64,000 nt of DNA from an uncultured delta proteobacterium (GTDB lineage: Bacteria > Desulfobacterota > Binatia > UBA9968), in contig CAVUVW010000027.1 in the NCBI GenBank assembly GCA_963745035.1, forward strand, positions 224,001 to 288,000. The letters are read 5' to 3'. The number at the start of each line of letters is the position of its first letter. Within the stretch, counting starts at the first letter, position 1. Position numbers and translations under genes: made by a program. Shown piece after piece: positions 39,165 to 49,738 of the stretch. The notes under the pieces were generated by a model. The model had not been told where the DNA came from. It was given only the letters and a program-made list of their open reading frames with translations, and made no database searches.

Positions 39165-39661
39165 CAGCCGTGAGCGCATATCCGCCATCATTAGTCAGAT
39201 CCAAGACGCTCGGAGCGTTTTGAGGCGTGGTTTTGATTTCTTTCTGCGCTGAGGTTTTGTGTTTTCTAACCGGACAAAGGGAGAAATGCAAAAATTGCGG
39301 GAAAAATATTGCTGCTCGAAAATTGGGTGACGACGCATCCCGACTTCGTGCCGCAACTCGACAAGCCGATCTATTTTTCGATCTTGTCGCTCTTCCTATC
39401 GGCTCTTCGGGTTCTCCGAGCGGTCGCTGTGGCTGCCATCCGAAGGAAGTTTTCCCCACCGTAAACTTGACAACGGCTAAGCCATCAGGAAATCTTTACC
39501 GTTAACACGGGAGCGCGACTCAGACCTATTATCCGACACTAAATCGACAATGTTTCGCTCGTTGCGGGCGCTCGCGGTGGGCTACTGTCTTATTGGAGAG
39601 TCCCGCGACAGAGCCGATAAGCGGCCTGCGCATCCAACCACCAGCATCGATGTCATCGTCC

Positions 39662-41365
39662 ATGCGCAATCTGCTCTTTCGATCCAGCAACCCGGAAAAC
39701 AATCCGCTTTTACACATGCTGCTGCTCGGCGCGCTCTGCGGCGCGCTTTATTTTCCCTATCTCGGCTCCATTCCCTTTTTTGACAAAGGCGAAGTGCGCG
39801 AAGCGCTCGCCGTGCAGGACATCGTCCAACGGGGCGAATGGCTCGTGCCGCTGAAGCGCGCCACCATTCCATCCAAGCCGCCGTTGTTTCACTGGTCCGC
39901 CGCTTTGGTTACGCAGCTTACCGGGGCAATGACCGAGGCGACGATCCGCTTCCCGTCTGCCTTGTACGCGACTCTTGGTCTCTTGCTGGTCTACTGGCTC
40001 GGCCGCAAGATCTACGACGCGAGAACCGGGCTCCTCGGCGCGGCGATCCTGGCGACGATGATGACCTATCAGGACCAGGCGCTCAGCGCGCGCGTCGACA
40101 TGACGCTCTGTTTTTTCGTCACGTTGAGCCTGGCGCTTTTTTATTCTCTCTACCGCGGCCATCTGAAAAATCCGCTGTGGTTCTATGTATTCTACGCCGT
40201 GGTGGGCATCGGCACCTTGGCGAAAGGACCGTTGAGCGTCATCCTTACCGGTTTGGTCGCCGGGACGTTCGCGCTCGTCGAACGACGGTGGGGTCTGATC
40301 CGCAAATTCAGCTTTCATCCCGGGGTCATTATGATGATCGTATTGGCGAGCGCCTGGTACGTGATCGCTGTCACGCGCGGCGGCGAAGGATTTTTCGACC
40401 GCCAGATCCTGGAGGAAAATCTCAGTCGGTTCGTCGGCGGCTCCGGGCACAGTCGTCCGGTTTATTATTACGTTCCTTATTTATTCGCGAAGACTTTGCC
40501 GTGGGGGTTTTTCCTGCCGCTCCTGCTCTGGGACCTGTTCCGCAAGGGCTTTCATGAAGGCGGCGACGCGCTTTTTTTGAAGCTCTGGTTGCTGGCGATG
40601 TTCGTGTTTTTTTCGGTCTCGGTCGGAAAACGTCCGGTCTATTTGCTGCCGCTCTATCCCGCGGTGGCTTTGCTGCTGGCCGCGTGGTTCTATGCGCCGT
40701 CAAACCCGGGCAGGGGCCGGCTTGCGATCTATCGGTGTTTCGGCGCCTTTGCCGCGCTGACGGGCGGCCTTCTGCTGGTCATTACATTAGGAGCGCTCTG
40801 GAGCCACGATCCCGGATGGTTCTTCGCGCCCATTGAAGGGTTCCTCAGGCCCAAGGACCGCGCCAACGTCATGGCGGTGAGAAACCATCTGGATAATTTC
40901 GGTTGGATATTCACCCTGCTGTCGCTGTGCGCGGCGGCGCTGTGGCTCTCCATGGTCCGATTTCTCTGGCACGGACGGATGCGCGCCGTCGCGCATCATC
41001 TTGTGGCGATCACGCTCATTCACGTCACGATCGGCTTCTCCCTGGTCATGCCCGTCATCGCGCAAGGAAAAAGTTATCGGGACTTCATGAGCGAAGTAAA
41101 TCGGCGGGTCAAGCCCGAAGAGAAGCTTTATATCCACGGCGATTTCAACGACGACACAGTGGTGTTTTATCGCGGCGGCGCGATTGAAAGGTTAGCCGAG
41201 CCCCTTGAGGCCTTGGCGCCGAAGCTGGGCAGAGGCGACGCGTTCATTATCATGCCCGCGCGCCCAACTGCCGCCGGGCTTTTGCCTCCGCCAGTACTGA
41301 AGAGTGAAGGTTCCGGTCCTGAACGCGACGCCCCGCTTGTGTTGATGCAGGCGGACCTTCCGTAG
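39662..41365 (+). CDS. ArnT/GT39-like integral membrane glycosyltransferase
   Basis: EVRE, KPPLFHW, RVDMTL, LAKGP, KRPVYLLPLYP; many TM helices. Confidence 0.88.
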   Translation: MRNLLFRSSNPENNPLLHMLLLGALCGALYFPYLGSIPFFDKGEVREALAVQDIVQRGEWLVPLKRATIPSKPPLFHWSAALVTQLTGAMTEATIRFPSALYATLGLLLVYWLGRKIYDARTGLLGAAILATMMTYQDQALSARVDMTLCFFVTLSLALFYSLYRGHLKNPLWFYVFYAVVGIGTLAKGPLSVILTGLVAGTFALVERRWGLIRKFSFHPGVIMMIVLASAWYVIAVTRGGEGFFDRQILEENLSRFVGGSGHSRPVYYYVPYLFAKTLPWGFFLPLLLWDLFRKGFHEGGDALFLKLWLLAMFVFFSVSVGKRPVYLLPLYPAVALLLAAWFYAPSNPGRGRLAIYRCFGAFAALTGGLLLVITLGALWSHDPGWFFAPIEGFLRPKDRANVMAVRNHLDNFGWIFTLLSLCAAALWLSMVRFLWHGRMRAVAHHLVAITLIHVTIGFSLVMPVIAQGKSYRDFMSEVNRRVKPEEKLYIHGDFNDDTVVFYRGGAIERLAEPLEALAPKLGRGDAFIIMPARPTAAGLLPPPVLKSEGSGPERDAPLVLMQADLP

Positions 41366-41472
41366 CAGCCTGTTGGCTGGGTGTGGCCCCGGCACTGCTG
41401 CAGAAATTGTGATCGGTTAAATGGGATCACGTTTTAGGACCAGCGACAAAGCGGCTATCTGAAGCCAATTTT

Positions 41473-41820
41473 CTAACGGGGCGGAAGCGGTGCCGCTCCG
41501 ACTATGACTTTCATCAGCTCGACAACCTCCGGATCGCGCGGAAGTTCGCCGATGGCCCTTTCCTGCATTTCGCCTGTCAAAGGAGCCGCCTCATTACCGA
41601 CAAGTTTTTTGTGAGTTACGTGAAACTCGGGATCGTCGAACGTCTTATTAAACGCTTCGCACAGAATTTTTACCCTCTCAACGGGAGTTCCTGGAGGAAG
41701 AAAAAACGGCGCTCCCAAGGCGAAATGCGCGATGCATGGCCATCAGCTTTCGCTCCTTGTCCGATTTCGCGATATTTTCAAGATCCGGATGGTGCATGAA
41801 TTGCGGATGCTTGGACCGAT
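41473..41820 (-). pseudogene. C-terminal remnant of a TctC/Bug-like tripartite tricarboxylate transporter binding protein
   Basis: HPQF..PDLE..KSDKERKL (upstream frame) then PFFLPPGTPVERVKIL.EAF.KTF.DPEF; no N-terminal two-thirds. Confidence 0.65.
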
Positions 41821-42070
41821 AGCCATCAGATCTCTTCGCTTCGCGCAAAGTTTACTTGTTGGTGTCTTTAAATTCCTCAGTATTATGATGGATGTTTGTT
41901 ATGTCGCAACGAAGCGAGCGTTATTCCACAGGCAGGGCGGTTGCCAATAGATGTGCAAAGGAGCGGGAACCTCAATAGGCCGCATTACGTTGACTCGAAC
42001 AATGCGCGCGGTGTCTGAGCGGAAGTTTGAATGCGCGGCAAGTCGCTGTAGGTGGCTGCGGGCTACCTAT

Positions 42071-42970
42071 TTATTCCCGAAGTTTGTCGACTATCAATCT
42101 CTTTACGAGTTCGACGTTCGCTCTCGGCGTCGCGCGCGAGCGTTCGACGAGCATGATGTGGGCTTTCGACAATTGGAGATTCTTGAGGCTAAGTTTTTTA
42201 AGGCTGCCAGTTCTTATATCGCCGTGAACGACGAATTGCGGCAGGACAGCGACGCCGAGCCCCGCCTTAGCGGCTTCGGTGCGGCCTTGAAGCGTGCTGA
42301 TTTGCAGGGTTGTGGCCGGCTCCGGCAGCCCGCTTTGGCCGCTCAACTGGTCGAGCATTTCGGAGTTGCCATTGTCGCGTATGCCGACAATGAAACGAGA
42401 CGTCTCGAGTTGTCGCACTGAGATCCTCCTCTGTTTCGCCAGCGCGTGCCTGGACGATACGACTAAACACAAAGGTTCCGGCCTGAGCGGCGTCACCTTA
42501 AAACCTTTTGGGGGCAGATCCGAGAGCACGACGGCGAAATCTAGAGAGCCCTGCTGCAAGAGTTGATAAATCAGCGCCCGAGGATGCGTGATCAGGAGAA
42601 TTTTCAGTTTTGATAAATCACTGAGGATGCTTTGAACAACTTTCGGCAGTAAGAATGTCCCTACCGCCCGCGTGGCGCCAATCTTCACCTCGCCGAGATT
42701 GCCGCTGCTGAGATCTCTGAGCGAGTGGGATAGGGCATCAACCCTGGTGATGATCTCGTTCGCATAGGTAAAGAATATCTCGCCCGCTTCTGTGAGCTTA
42801 AGGGGACGCTGGGATCGATCGATTAACTTGATGCCGGCTTGTTCCTCGATCTTGGCGATCTGGGTGCTGGTGGCCGATTGCGACCGATGCAGCTTGCCGC
42901 TCGCGATGCTGAAGCTTCTGCACGTCGCGAGAGTGACAAAAGCGCGCAAACTATCGGTCGAAAGGTCCAT
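42071..42970 (-). CDS. LysR-type transcriptional regulator
   Basis: SFSIASGKLHRSQSATSTQI HTH, LTEAG, GLGVAVLP. Confidence 0.93.
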   Translation of the reverse strand: MDLSTDSLRAFVTLATCRSFSIASGKLHRSQSATSTQIAKIEEQAGIKLIDRSQRPLKLTEAGEIFFTYANEIITRVDALSHSLRDLSSGNLGEVKIGATRAVGTFLLPKVVQSILSDLSKLKILLITHPRALIYQLLQQGSLDFAVVLSDLPPKGFKVTPLRPEPLCLVVSSRHALAKQRRISVRQLETSRFIVGIRDNGNSEMLDQLSGQSGLPEPATTLQISTLQGRTEAAKAGLGVAVLPQFVVHGDIRTGSLKKLSLKNLQLSKAHIMLVERSRATPRANVELVKRLIVDKLRE

Positions 42971-43010
42971 CGATTAAATCGATACTAATATCAAAAAAAC
43001 GTGATTGACA
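42969..43010. promoter_or_regulatory. LysR-type operator (ATC-N9-GAT) plus second site and -35 box of the divergent operon
   Basis: ATCGAT-TAA-ATCGAT palindrome 42969-42983 overlapping the lysR ATG; ATC-N10-GAT 42990-43005; TTGACA 43005-43010. Confidence 0.6.
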
Positions 43011-43090
43011 AGCTAGCGTTCGAGCGAAATACTTCGCGCACAATTGGCCATCCGAGGCCATCGACACAACGGCGTGGAAGGACTCGTATT

Positions 43091-44086
43091 ATGATCGGAC
43101 CATTGGGCGCGGCAGTTTTTCTTTTCGTAGCTATCTTTGCGGCGACAGCCGAGGCGCAGGAGCGGCTGCAGCGAATCAACTTTTCATATCCTTCATTGAC
43201 GAAGACCCGCGTTGCCTTGTGGATCGGCAAAGACGCAAAGATTTTCGAGAAGTACGGGCTCGACGTTAATTTGGTCGTCATTCGCTCGGGCAACACCGCG
43301 GTGAGCGCTCTTGTCACCGGAGACATCGACGTTCTCGGCGGTCCCGCTTCGACCTCCATGCTCGCGACCGAAGCGGGCCTGCCGGTGGTCATTATCGGGA
43401 CGTTCGGGCCGGCGTCGCGCAAACTGGTGGTGCCGCCGCGGATTCAGTCGGCCGAAGACCTGCGCGGCAAGACGATCGGCGTCAGCAATTTGGGAACCAT
43501 CATCGATTATTCCGTGCGTCGCGCGCTGCCGAAGCTCGGCTTGACCGTGAAGGACGTGAACATCATTCCCACCGGATTGAGCCAGCCGGTGCAGCGCATG
43601 CTGCTCATGTTTCAAGGAAAAATCGACGCGACTTTGGCTAGCGATGATGAGATCTATGCCATTGAAGCGATGGGTCATAAGGTGAGAGTGCTGGCGGAAT
43701 TGCGCGATCTCGGTGTGCAGAGCAGCTACAGCGATCTTTCGATCATGCGGGATTTTCTCAAAAATCGCCGCGCTGCGGTAAAGTCATTCATGATGGGTTT
43801 CAGCGAAGCGATCGGACTGGCAAAGAAAAACAAGGAAGTCGCGCTGCGCGCCTATCGCAAGTATCTGAAGGCGGAAGATCCGAAACTGCTCGATTTGATG
43901 TACAAGGAATACGTCGCCGAGGCGGCGCCGCTGGTTCCGTATCCGCTTACCGAGGCGATTAAGACCGATATCGAGATCCTTTCCGCGACGCGACCCGGCT
44001 TCAAGAACAAAAGTCCCGGCGATTTCATCGACATCTCGCTGATCAAAGAGCTCGAAAGCGAAGGGTTCTACGCCAAGCTGCGGTAA
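43091..44086 (+). CDS. NMT1/TauA-type ABC substrate-binding protein
   Basis: Signal peptide, IFEKYGLDV, DLRGKTIGVS, ELESEGF. Confidence 0.88.
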   Translation: MIGPLGAAVFLFVAIFAATAEAQERLQRINFSYPSLTKTRVALWIGKDAKIFEKYGLDVNLVVIRSGNTAVSALVTGDIDVLGGPASTSMLATEAGLPVVIIGTFGPASRKLVVPPRIQSAEDLRGKTIGVSNLGTIIDYSVRRALPKLGLTVKDVNIIPTGLSQPVQRMLLMFQGKIDATLASDDEIYAIEAMGHKVRVLAELRDLGVQSSYSDLSIMRDFLKNRRAAVKSFMMGFSEAIGLAKKNKEVALRAYRKYLKAEDPKLLDLMYKEYVAEAAPLVPYPLTEAIKTDIEILSATRPGFKNKSPGDFIDISLIKELESEGFYAKLR

Positions 44087-44106
44087 CCGAGCAAGGATTA
44101 CTGACG

Positions 44107-45120
44107 ATGGCTAAACTTCGTTTAAGCTTCGCCGTCGAGCGAAGCGAGAGAACCCAGCCCCTGATCGACGGCACGATCCAGCCGGAGGGCATCGAGCTCG
44201 TGCCCATCGTCGGCGATCCCTCGGAAATTTTCTGGCGCCAGCTGAAGTTCAATGAATTCGATATTTCGGCGCTGTCTTTTTCGTCCTACATGATCGCCAA
44301 GTCGCAGGGCGCCTCGATGATCGCCATCCCGGTCTTTCCCGCGCGCCGTTTCATGCACACCCAACTCTTCGTGCACGCCGATTCCGGAGTCAAAGAACCC
44401 GGCGATCTGATCGGCAAGAAAATCGGCGTCGGCGAATATCAGCAGACGGCGTGGCTTTGGACCCGGCGGGTTCTGGAGCACGACTTCGGCGTGTCTCAGT
44501 ACAAAGTCCACTGGTACATGGAGCGCTCGGAAGAGTTGAGCCACGGCGGCGCCACGGGTTTCACGCCGCCGAAAGGGATTTCCTTCCAACGCATCCCGCC
44601 CGACAAGAGTCTGGCTTCCATGCTGCTCAGCCACGAGCTCGATGCCGCGCCAGTGCACCGCGCCTTGCAGAAAGGCACGAACATCATCGATCGCTCCACC
44701 CACAACCGCGCCAGCGGCGGCGATTGGAGCAAGATCAAGCCCTTGTTTCCGGACATCTTCGCCGAGGGCGCAAGGTTCGTGAAGCGGCACGGCTACGTGC
44801 CGGCTAGCCATACATACATTCTACGCGGCGACGTTCATGAAAAGTATCCGTGGGTCGCCTTCAGTCTCCTCAAAGCCTTCGTGGAGGCGAAAGAGCACGC
44901 CCGGCAAACACTTGCAGAAAACATTCCTTCAGGATTGTTTTTCGGCCCGCAGTTTCTGGCGAAAAGCCGCGAGATCGTGGGCAACGATCCGTTTGTCTAC
45001 GGTGTGGCGGGCAATCGGAGCATGATCGAGGCGATGATCGATGCGTCCTACGAACAGGGACTCACGGCGCGAAAGTTGAGGATCGACGAGTTGTTTGCCG
45101 GGAGTACATTGGAGCTGTGA
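44107..45120 (+). CDS. 4,5-dihydroxyphthalate decarboxylase-like PBP-fold enzyme (second copy)
   Basis: RTQPLIDG, EIFWRQL, AIPVFPARRF, GVGEYQQTA, DPFVYG. Confidence 0.85.
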   Translation: MAKLRLSFAVERSERTQPLIDGTIQPEGIELVPIVGDPSEIFWRQLKFNEFDISALSFSSYMIAKSQGASMIAIPVFPARRFMHTQLFVHADSGVKEPGDLIGKKIGVGEYQQTAWLWTRRVLEHDFGVSQYKVHWYMERSEELSHGGATGFTPPKGISFQRIPPDKSLASMLLSHELDAAPVHRALQKGTNIIDRSTHNRASGGDWSKIKPLFPDIFAEGARFVKRHGYVPASHTYILRGDVHEKYPWVAFSLLKAFVEAKEHARQTLAENIPSGLFFGPQFLAKSREIVGNDPFVYGVAGNRSMIEAMIDASYEQGLTARKLRIDELFAGSTLEL

Positions 45121-45140
45121 TGGGATTCGGCGCCGGAGAA

Positions 45141-45172
45141 AAGCAGATCCTTCGGCTTTGCCTCAGGATGAC
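45141..45172. repeat. REP-like element GATCCTTCG...CTCAGGATGAC
   Basis: Homolog at 47291-47321. Confidence 0.65.
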
Positions 45173-45233
45173 CTTCTTCTGCGGCGAAGCGCTGGAACAC
45201 AGAATCTGAATTGGACGATGAAGTGAGGATGGA

Positions 45234-46220
45234 ATGAAGGCACGCTGGTTCTTCGCTTTTCTCGGTTGGCTGCTGCTTTCGGCGAACGTGATTCCTGCCT
45301 TGAGCGCAACCAAGCTAACCAATCTGCGGGTTGGGTTGCCGGGGCGGTTGTCGTCCAATTGGCCTCTTTACGTCGCCGCGGAGCGTGGCTTTTTTGCCCA
45401 AGAAGGTTTGAGCGTCGAGCTCATCGCCATGCGCAACGCGACTATTCAGGTGCAGGCGCTGATCGCCGGCGATCTCCAGTTCAATCATAGCTCGGTGGAT
45501 TCCACGGCGCGTGCGTTCACGGCGGGCGCGCCCTTGAGGTTTGTCGGCTCGGCGCAGCAAAAGCCGACCTTTCGCCTGCTCGTCGGCAAAGAGATCAAGG
45601 ATTGGAACGGTTTGCGCGGCAAATTCGTCGCCGCCGGGGCGCCCGGCGGGCTGACCCACGCGCTAGCCGCGGCGATGTTGGATGCGCACGGTCTAAAAAA
45701 GGGAGACTACGATATCTTGAGCATGGGTCTCGACAGCGACCGTTCCAATGCGCTCAAGGCCGGCCGGGTGCAAGCGACTCTTTTGATTCAGCCGGCGGAT
45801 TTCGGCTTGCTCGAGGAAGGTTTTCGTTCCATGGGATTCGTCGGTGATTTTTTGAAAGACTGTGAATACAACGGCTACGTCACGAATGACAAATGGGCAA
45901 AGGAGAACAGCGGCACGGCCGTCGCGTTCATGCGCGCGGTTTTGCGCTCACTCAATTGGCTGCACAATCCCGCCAATCGGGATGAAGCACTGAAGATTCA
46001 CGCGCGCTACATCCCCTTCAAGACCGAGTGGCTGGAAAAGATCCACGATATGCTGATTCGTGAAAAGATGCTCAGCACTGACGGCAGGCCTAATCCCAAG
46101 GGCATCGAGAACCTGCTGCAGATTTCGGTCAAATTCGGCAGCGGCATGAGCGCCGTGCCGCCCTTGGACAAGTGGGTGGATTTGACTTACCTGGATCGCG
46201 CTGCTGCATCGCTCAAATAG
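45234..46220 (+). CDS. NMT1/TauA-type ABC substrate-binding protein
   Basis: Signal peptide, YVAAERGFFAQEGL, QALIAGDL, VDLTYL. Confidence 0.88.
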   Translation: MKARWFFAFLGWLLLSANVIPALSATKLTNLRVGLPGRLSSNWPLYVAAERGFFAQEGLSVELIAMRNATIQVQALIAGDLQFNHSSVDSTARAFTAGAPLRFVGSAQQKPTFRLLVGKEIKDWNGLRGKFVAAGAPGGLTHALAAAMLDAHGLKKGDYDILSMGLDSDRSNALKAGRVQATLLIQPADFGLLEEGFRSMGFVGDFLKDCEYNGYVTNDKWAKENSGTAVAFMRAVLRSLNWLHNPANRDEALKIHARYIPFKTEWLEKIHDMLIREKMLSTDGRPNPKGIENLLQISVKFGSGMSAVPPLDKWVDLTYLDRAAASLK

Positions 46221-46273
46221 AGACGGTCGGGACGACGGGTGATTCGCGGGGCGCGTCACCAAGATTACGCAAA

Positions 46274-47212
46274 ATGCGGGAAGCAGTACAATTCGGCATC
46301 GCTATTCCTCAGGCATTCGGCAAAGAGCCGGTGGAGACGGGGCTTATCGAGAAGTTCGTCAAGCAGGCCGATACCCTTTGCTATCATAGTCTTTGGGTGC
46401 AAGAGGTCATCGATGCCGCGTTGCTCGAACCCATAAGCCTGCTCACCTATGCGGCGGCGCTGACTCAGCGCATCCGCTTGGGCAGCGCGATCCTGCTGAC
46501 GACTTTGCGTAGTCCGCTGCAAACGGCCAAGACGCTCTCTAGCCTCGATCAGTTGAGTCGCGGCCGGTTGATCATCGGCGTTGGTCTCGGGAGCAACACA
46601 AGCGTTTATCCCGGCTACGGCATCTCGACCGACAAACGGCTGCGGCGCTTCGTCGAAGGAATCGAGTTGATGAAGTTGCTTTGGACCGAAGAACGGGTGC
46701 GCCGTGAGAACGAGTTTTGGAAGCTTAACGACGAACGCGTGGAGCCGAAGCCTGTGCAAAAACCTCATCCACCGCTGTGGTTCGGCGGCAGTCACCCAAA
46801 CGCTTTGCGCCGGGCAGTGAGGCTCGGTGACGGCTGGTTGGGCGGACGCACATCCACCGACAAATTCCGCGCCCAGGTGGCGGGCGTGCGGCAGGCTCTC
46901 GAAGAATTCAAGCGGGATCCGGCGACCTTCATGATCGGCAAACGCGTTTACATCGCGGTCGATAAGGACACGGCGCGGGCGGAGCGAAAGCTGAATGAAT
47001 GGTTCAATCAAGTCTATGGAGTAGGCGATATCGCGAGCTCTGCGGCGATCTACGGCGGCGAGCAGGAATGCGTCGACAAACTCGGGGAGCTCGTTGCGGC
47101 GGGGGCAAAATTGCTGATTCTCAATCCGGTGTCAGAGCATTTGGAGCATTTGCAATGCTTGGAGAGCGATGTTTTGCCGAAGGTCCGTTCGGGCTCGGGC
47201 CAGCTTGCCTGA
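46274..47212 (+). CDS. Luciferase-like (LLM) flavin/F420-dependent oxidoreductase
   Basis: SLWVQE, TQRIRLGS, LDQLSRGRLIIGVG, PKPVQKPHPPLWFGG, GDGW. Confidence 0.9.
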   Translation: MREAVQFGIAIPQAFGKEPVETGLIEKFVKQADTLCYHSLWVQEVIDAALLEPISLLTYAAALTQRIRLGSAILLTTLRSPLQTAKTLSSLDQLSRGRLIIGVGLGSNTSVYPGYGISTDKRLRRFVEGIELMKLLWTEERVRRENEFWKLNDERVEPKPVQKPHPPLWFGGSHPNALRRAVRLGDGWLGGRTSTDKFRAQVAGVRQALEEFKRDPATFMIGKRVYIAVDKDTARAERKLNEWFNQVYGVGDIASSAAIYGGEQECVDKLGELVAAGAKLLILNPVSEHLEHLQCLESDVLPKVRSGSGQLA

Positions 47213-47241
47213 GGACTATCTTGCGATGTGCGAAAACCAGG

Positions 47242-47321
47242 TGTCATGCGGAGCGAAAGCGAAGCATCTGCTTTTTCTGTGACCGGTGGAAAGCAGATTC
47301 TTCGCCTCGCCTCAGAATAAC
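47242..47321. repeat. Paired inverted REP-like elements (GTCAT..GAGCG..GCGAAG / ATTCTTCG..CTCAGAAT)
   Basis: Head-to-head copies of the 45141 family. Confidence 0.65.
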
Positions 47322-47349
47322 GTCCTGCTAGTCTTTAACGGAGGGGCAA

Positions 47350-48390
47350 ATGGCGGCAACAATTCTCTACGTTTCCGGTGATGAGGGCGTTGCGGCGTTC
47401 AGGAAGAATGGCGGCGACTGGAAACTCGAAGCTCAAGGCTTGAAGGATTGGTCCGTGCCCAAGGTCGGCGTTACACCGTCGATGCCGGGGCGCATCTTCG
47501 CGGGCACGCGCGGCGATGGTGTTTGGCTGAGTGAAGATTTCGGTAAGAAGTGGACCAAGCCTTCTTATGGTAGACGCGGTCCGGGCAAGGTTCGCTGCGT
47601 CGCCGTTCATCCGCGCGATCCGAACACAGTCTACGCGGGCTGCGAGCCGATCGATATTTACATGAGCGTCGATGGGGCGAAGAACTGGACGACGCTCGAG
47701 TCGGCGCGAGCTACTCCGGGCGTCGCGGAGTTCGGTTATCCCTTGGCCAACGTCGAGCCGCACGTGCGCGACATTGTTTTCGATCCGGAAAATTCGGACA
47801 TTCTCTACGCCGCGCTGCAAGTCGGATTCATGATCAAGAGCGCGGACGGCGGCAAGACGTGGAAGCTGCTCGACAAGGGACTCGATGCCGATGTTCACGC
47901 CATCGTGATCGATCCGCGTAACCCCAAGCGGATTTTTATCGCCAGCGGCGGCGATTCCTACCGGGCCGGCCAAGCGCCCGGCAGATCGCTCTACGTAAGT
48001 GAGGACGGCGGCGAGTCCTGGTCGCCGACCGCGATGAACTTCCAGGAAGAATACTCCGTGCCGTTAGTCATGAACCCGAAAAATCCAAAAGTTCTATACA
48101 CGGCGCTGGCGCACGGCAGCCCGGGATCCTGGCGCCGTCCGAGCGGCGCGGAGGCGTGCCTGCTCAAGAGCGAAGACGAGGGCACAAGCTGGCGAAAGCT
48201 CAGCCACGGACCGAACGACGGCGGCAAGAGTTTCACCGAAGTGTTGGCGATCGACGAGGAATCTCCGGATCATATGTATGCGGGCACGCGCGGCGGCGAC
48301 ATCTATGCGAGCGAGGATGCCGGCGAGAGCTGGCGCAAACTCGAAATCAAAGTGCCATCGATTTCAGATATGAAGTGCGTTCACGACTGA
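47350..48390 (+). CDS. BNR/Asp-box beta-propeller protein (cytoplasmic)
   Basis: Repeated S-x-D-x-G-x-T/S-W motifs (SEDFGKKW, SADGGKTW, SEDGGESW, SEDAGESW). Confidence 0.88.
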   Translation: MAATILYVSGDEGVAAFRKNGGDWKLEAQGLKDWSVPKVGVTPSMPGRIFAGTRGDGVWLSEDFGKKWTKPSYGRRGPGKVRCVAVHPRDPNTVYAGCEPIDIYMSVDGAKNWTTLESARATPGVAEFGYPLANVEPHVRDIVFDPENSDILYAALQVGFMIKSADGGKTWKLLDKGLDADVHAIVIDPRNPKRIFIASGGDSYRAGQAPGRSLYVSEDGGESWSPTAMNFQEEYSVPLVMNPKNPKVLYTALAHGSPGSWRRPSGAEACLLKSEDEGTSWRKLSHGPNDGGKSFTEVLAIDEESPDHMYAGTRGGDIYASEDAGESWRKLEIKVPSISDMKCVHD

Positions 48391-48435
48391 TGCAGCGATA
48401 ACACCTCGATTGTTTTTGTTTCTCAAAGGACGCGC

Positions 48436-49729
48436 ATGGAAAATAGTCACAGGCTGTCAGGAAAATACGCGATCGCCGGATTGGGTATGGTCATCGGCGT
48501 TCCGGATAAAGAGCTCGAGCAGCGCAGAGCCGCGCTGCCGCACCATCCCATGCTCGCAAACGCGGTGGGGTCGCCGCTCGGCGATCTAGTTGCCAAGGAC
48601 CTCGAAGCGGAGGCGGCGCGGCGTGCCATCGAAGACGCGGGTTTGACGGTTCAGGATATCGACGGCGCGGTGCACGTGCACGGCGGGCCGCGAAGCGGCG
48701 GCGGCACGACGACTCACCTCGATGCGTTTCCGCGCATGCTCGGCTGTCCGGTGAATTTTTATTATCTGGTCGGCCGGGGCGGTGCCTGGGGCACGATGGG
48801 GATCGTCAGCGCGCTGTCGTTTCTCGAACTCGGCTTGGCGAAATACGTGGTGATCGCCGGGTCTACCGAGGACTGGACGCGCAGCCACAGCTAATGAGTT
48901 TCGTGGCCAGGGCAATCGCGGCCATATTCAGCCGTCGACCGTGAGCAGCATGTGGAGCCTGCCCTTCGGCCGCACGGCGGCGGCGCACGAGCACAGCATG
49001 TTCGCTTCGCGCCATCGCCACGAGTACGGCACTACTGAAAGACAATTTGGCTCTGCCGCAATTCAGGTACGCGAATGGGCATGCAAGAATCCGCTAGCGC
49101 GCATGTACGGCCGGCCGGCGACGATCGAGGATTATCTGACTTCGCCGAGCTACATCTGGCCGTATCACGTGATGGACATGGCGGTCTCTTCCGACGGCGC
49201 CATTGCGTTCGTCCTGACCTCGCTGGAACGCGCGCGCGACTGCGCGAAAAAACCTGTCGGGGTAATGGGCATCGGCTTCGGCGACTCGCAGGGCGGGCAA
49301 TGGTGGGAAGGCGCGACGCACTATACGAAGCTCCCGGTAGCGAAAGCCAAAGAAGCCGCCTTCGGCCAGGCCGGTATTCAGCTCGCCGACGTGGACGTCG
49401 CGGAGCTTTATGACTGCTTTACCGCCGAGTTGATTATGCAGATGGAAGACTACGGCTGGTGCGCGAAAGGCGAGGGCGGAGCGTTTGTCGAGGCGGGCCA
49501 TATCGGCCCTGGTGGTGGGACGCCGGTCAACACCAGCGGCGGGCTTTTGTCCGCCTATCATCTAGCCGATCTCACCGGCATCTCGGAATCGGTTTTCCAG
49601 TTGCGCGGCGAAGCCCTGGAACGCCAAGTCGAGGGCGCGCGCGTGGCGCTGGTGAGCGGCCACGGCGGCGAAGTGATTTCTCCCGGCATGTGTTCGCTTC
49701 ATTCGAGCCTGGTTTTGGGCGTGTACTAA
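48436..49729 (+). CDS. SCP2-type/Ltp2-like thiolase-fold protein (frameshift near 48888)
   Basis: AIAGLG, AIEDAGL, SDGA, ELYDCFT, PVNTSGGLLS, QLRGEA. Confidence 0.85.
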
Positions 49730-49738
49730 GGAGTCAAC

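Noticed and set aside
39165-39600. Long intergenic region as a riboswitch or sRNA
   Set aside because: No recognisable aptamer or terminator; only an isolated TTGACA at 39467.
41932-41946. Possible sigma54 promoter TGGCAACCGCCCTGC on the minus strand
   Set aside because: GG/GC spacing fits, but the match is partial and only a gene remnant lies downstream.
48888-48941. Split thiolase as stop-codon recoding (Sec/Pyl)
   Set aside because: The stop is TAA and the coding sequence continues in a shifted frame, so this is an indel, not recoding.
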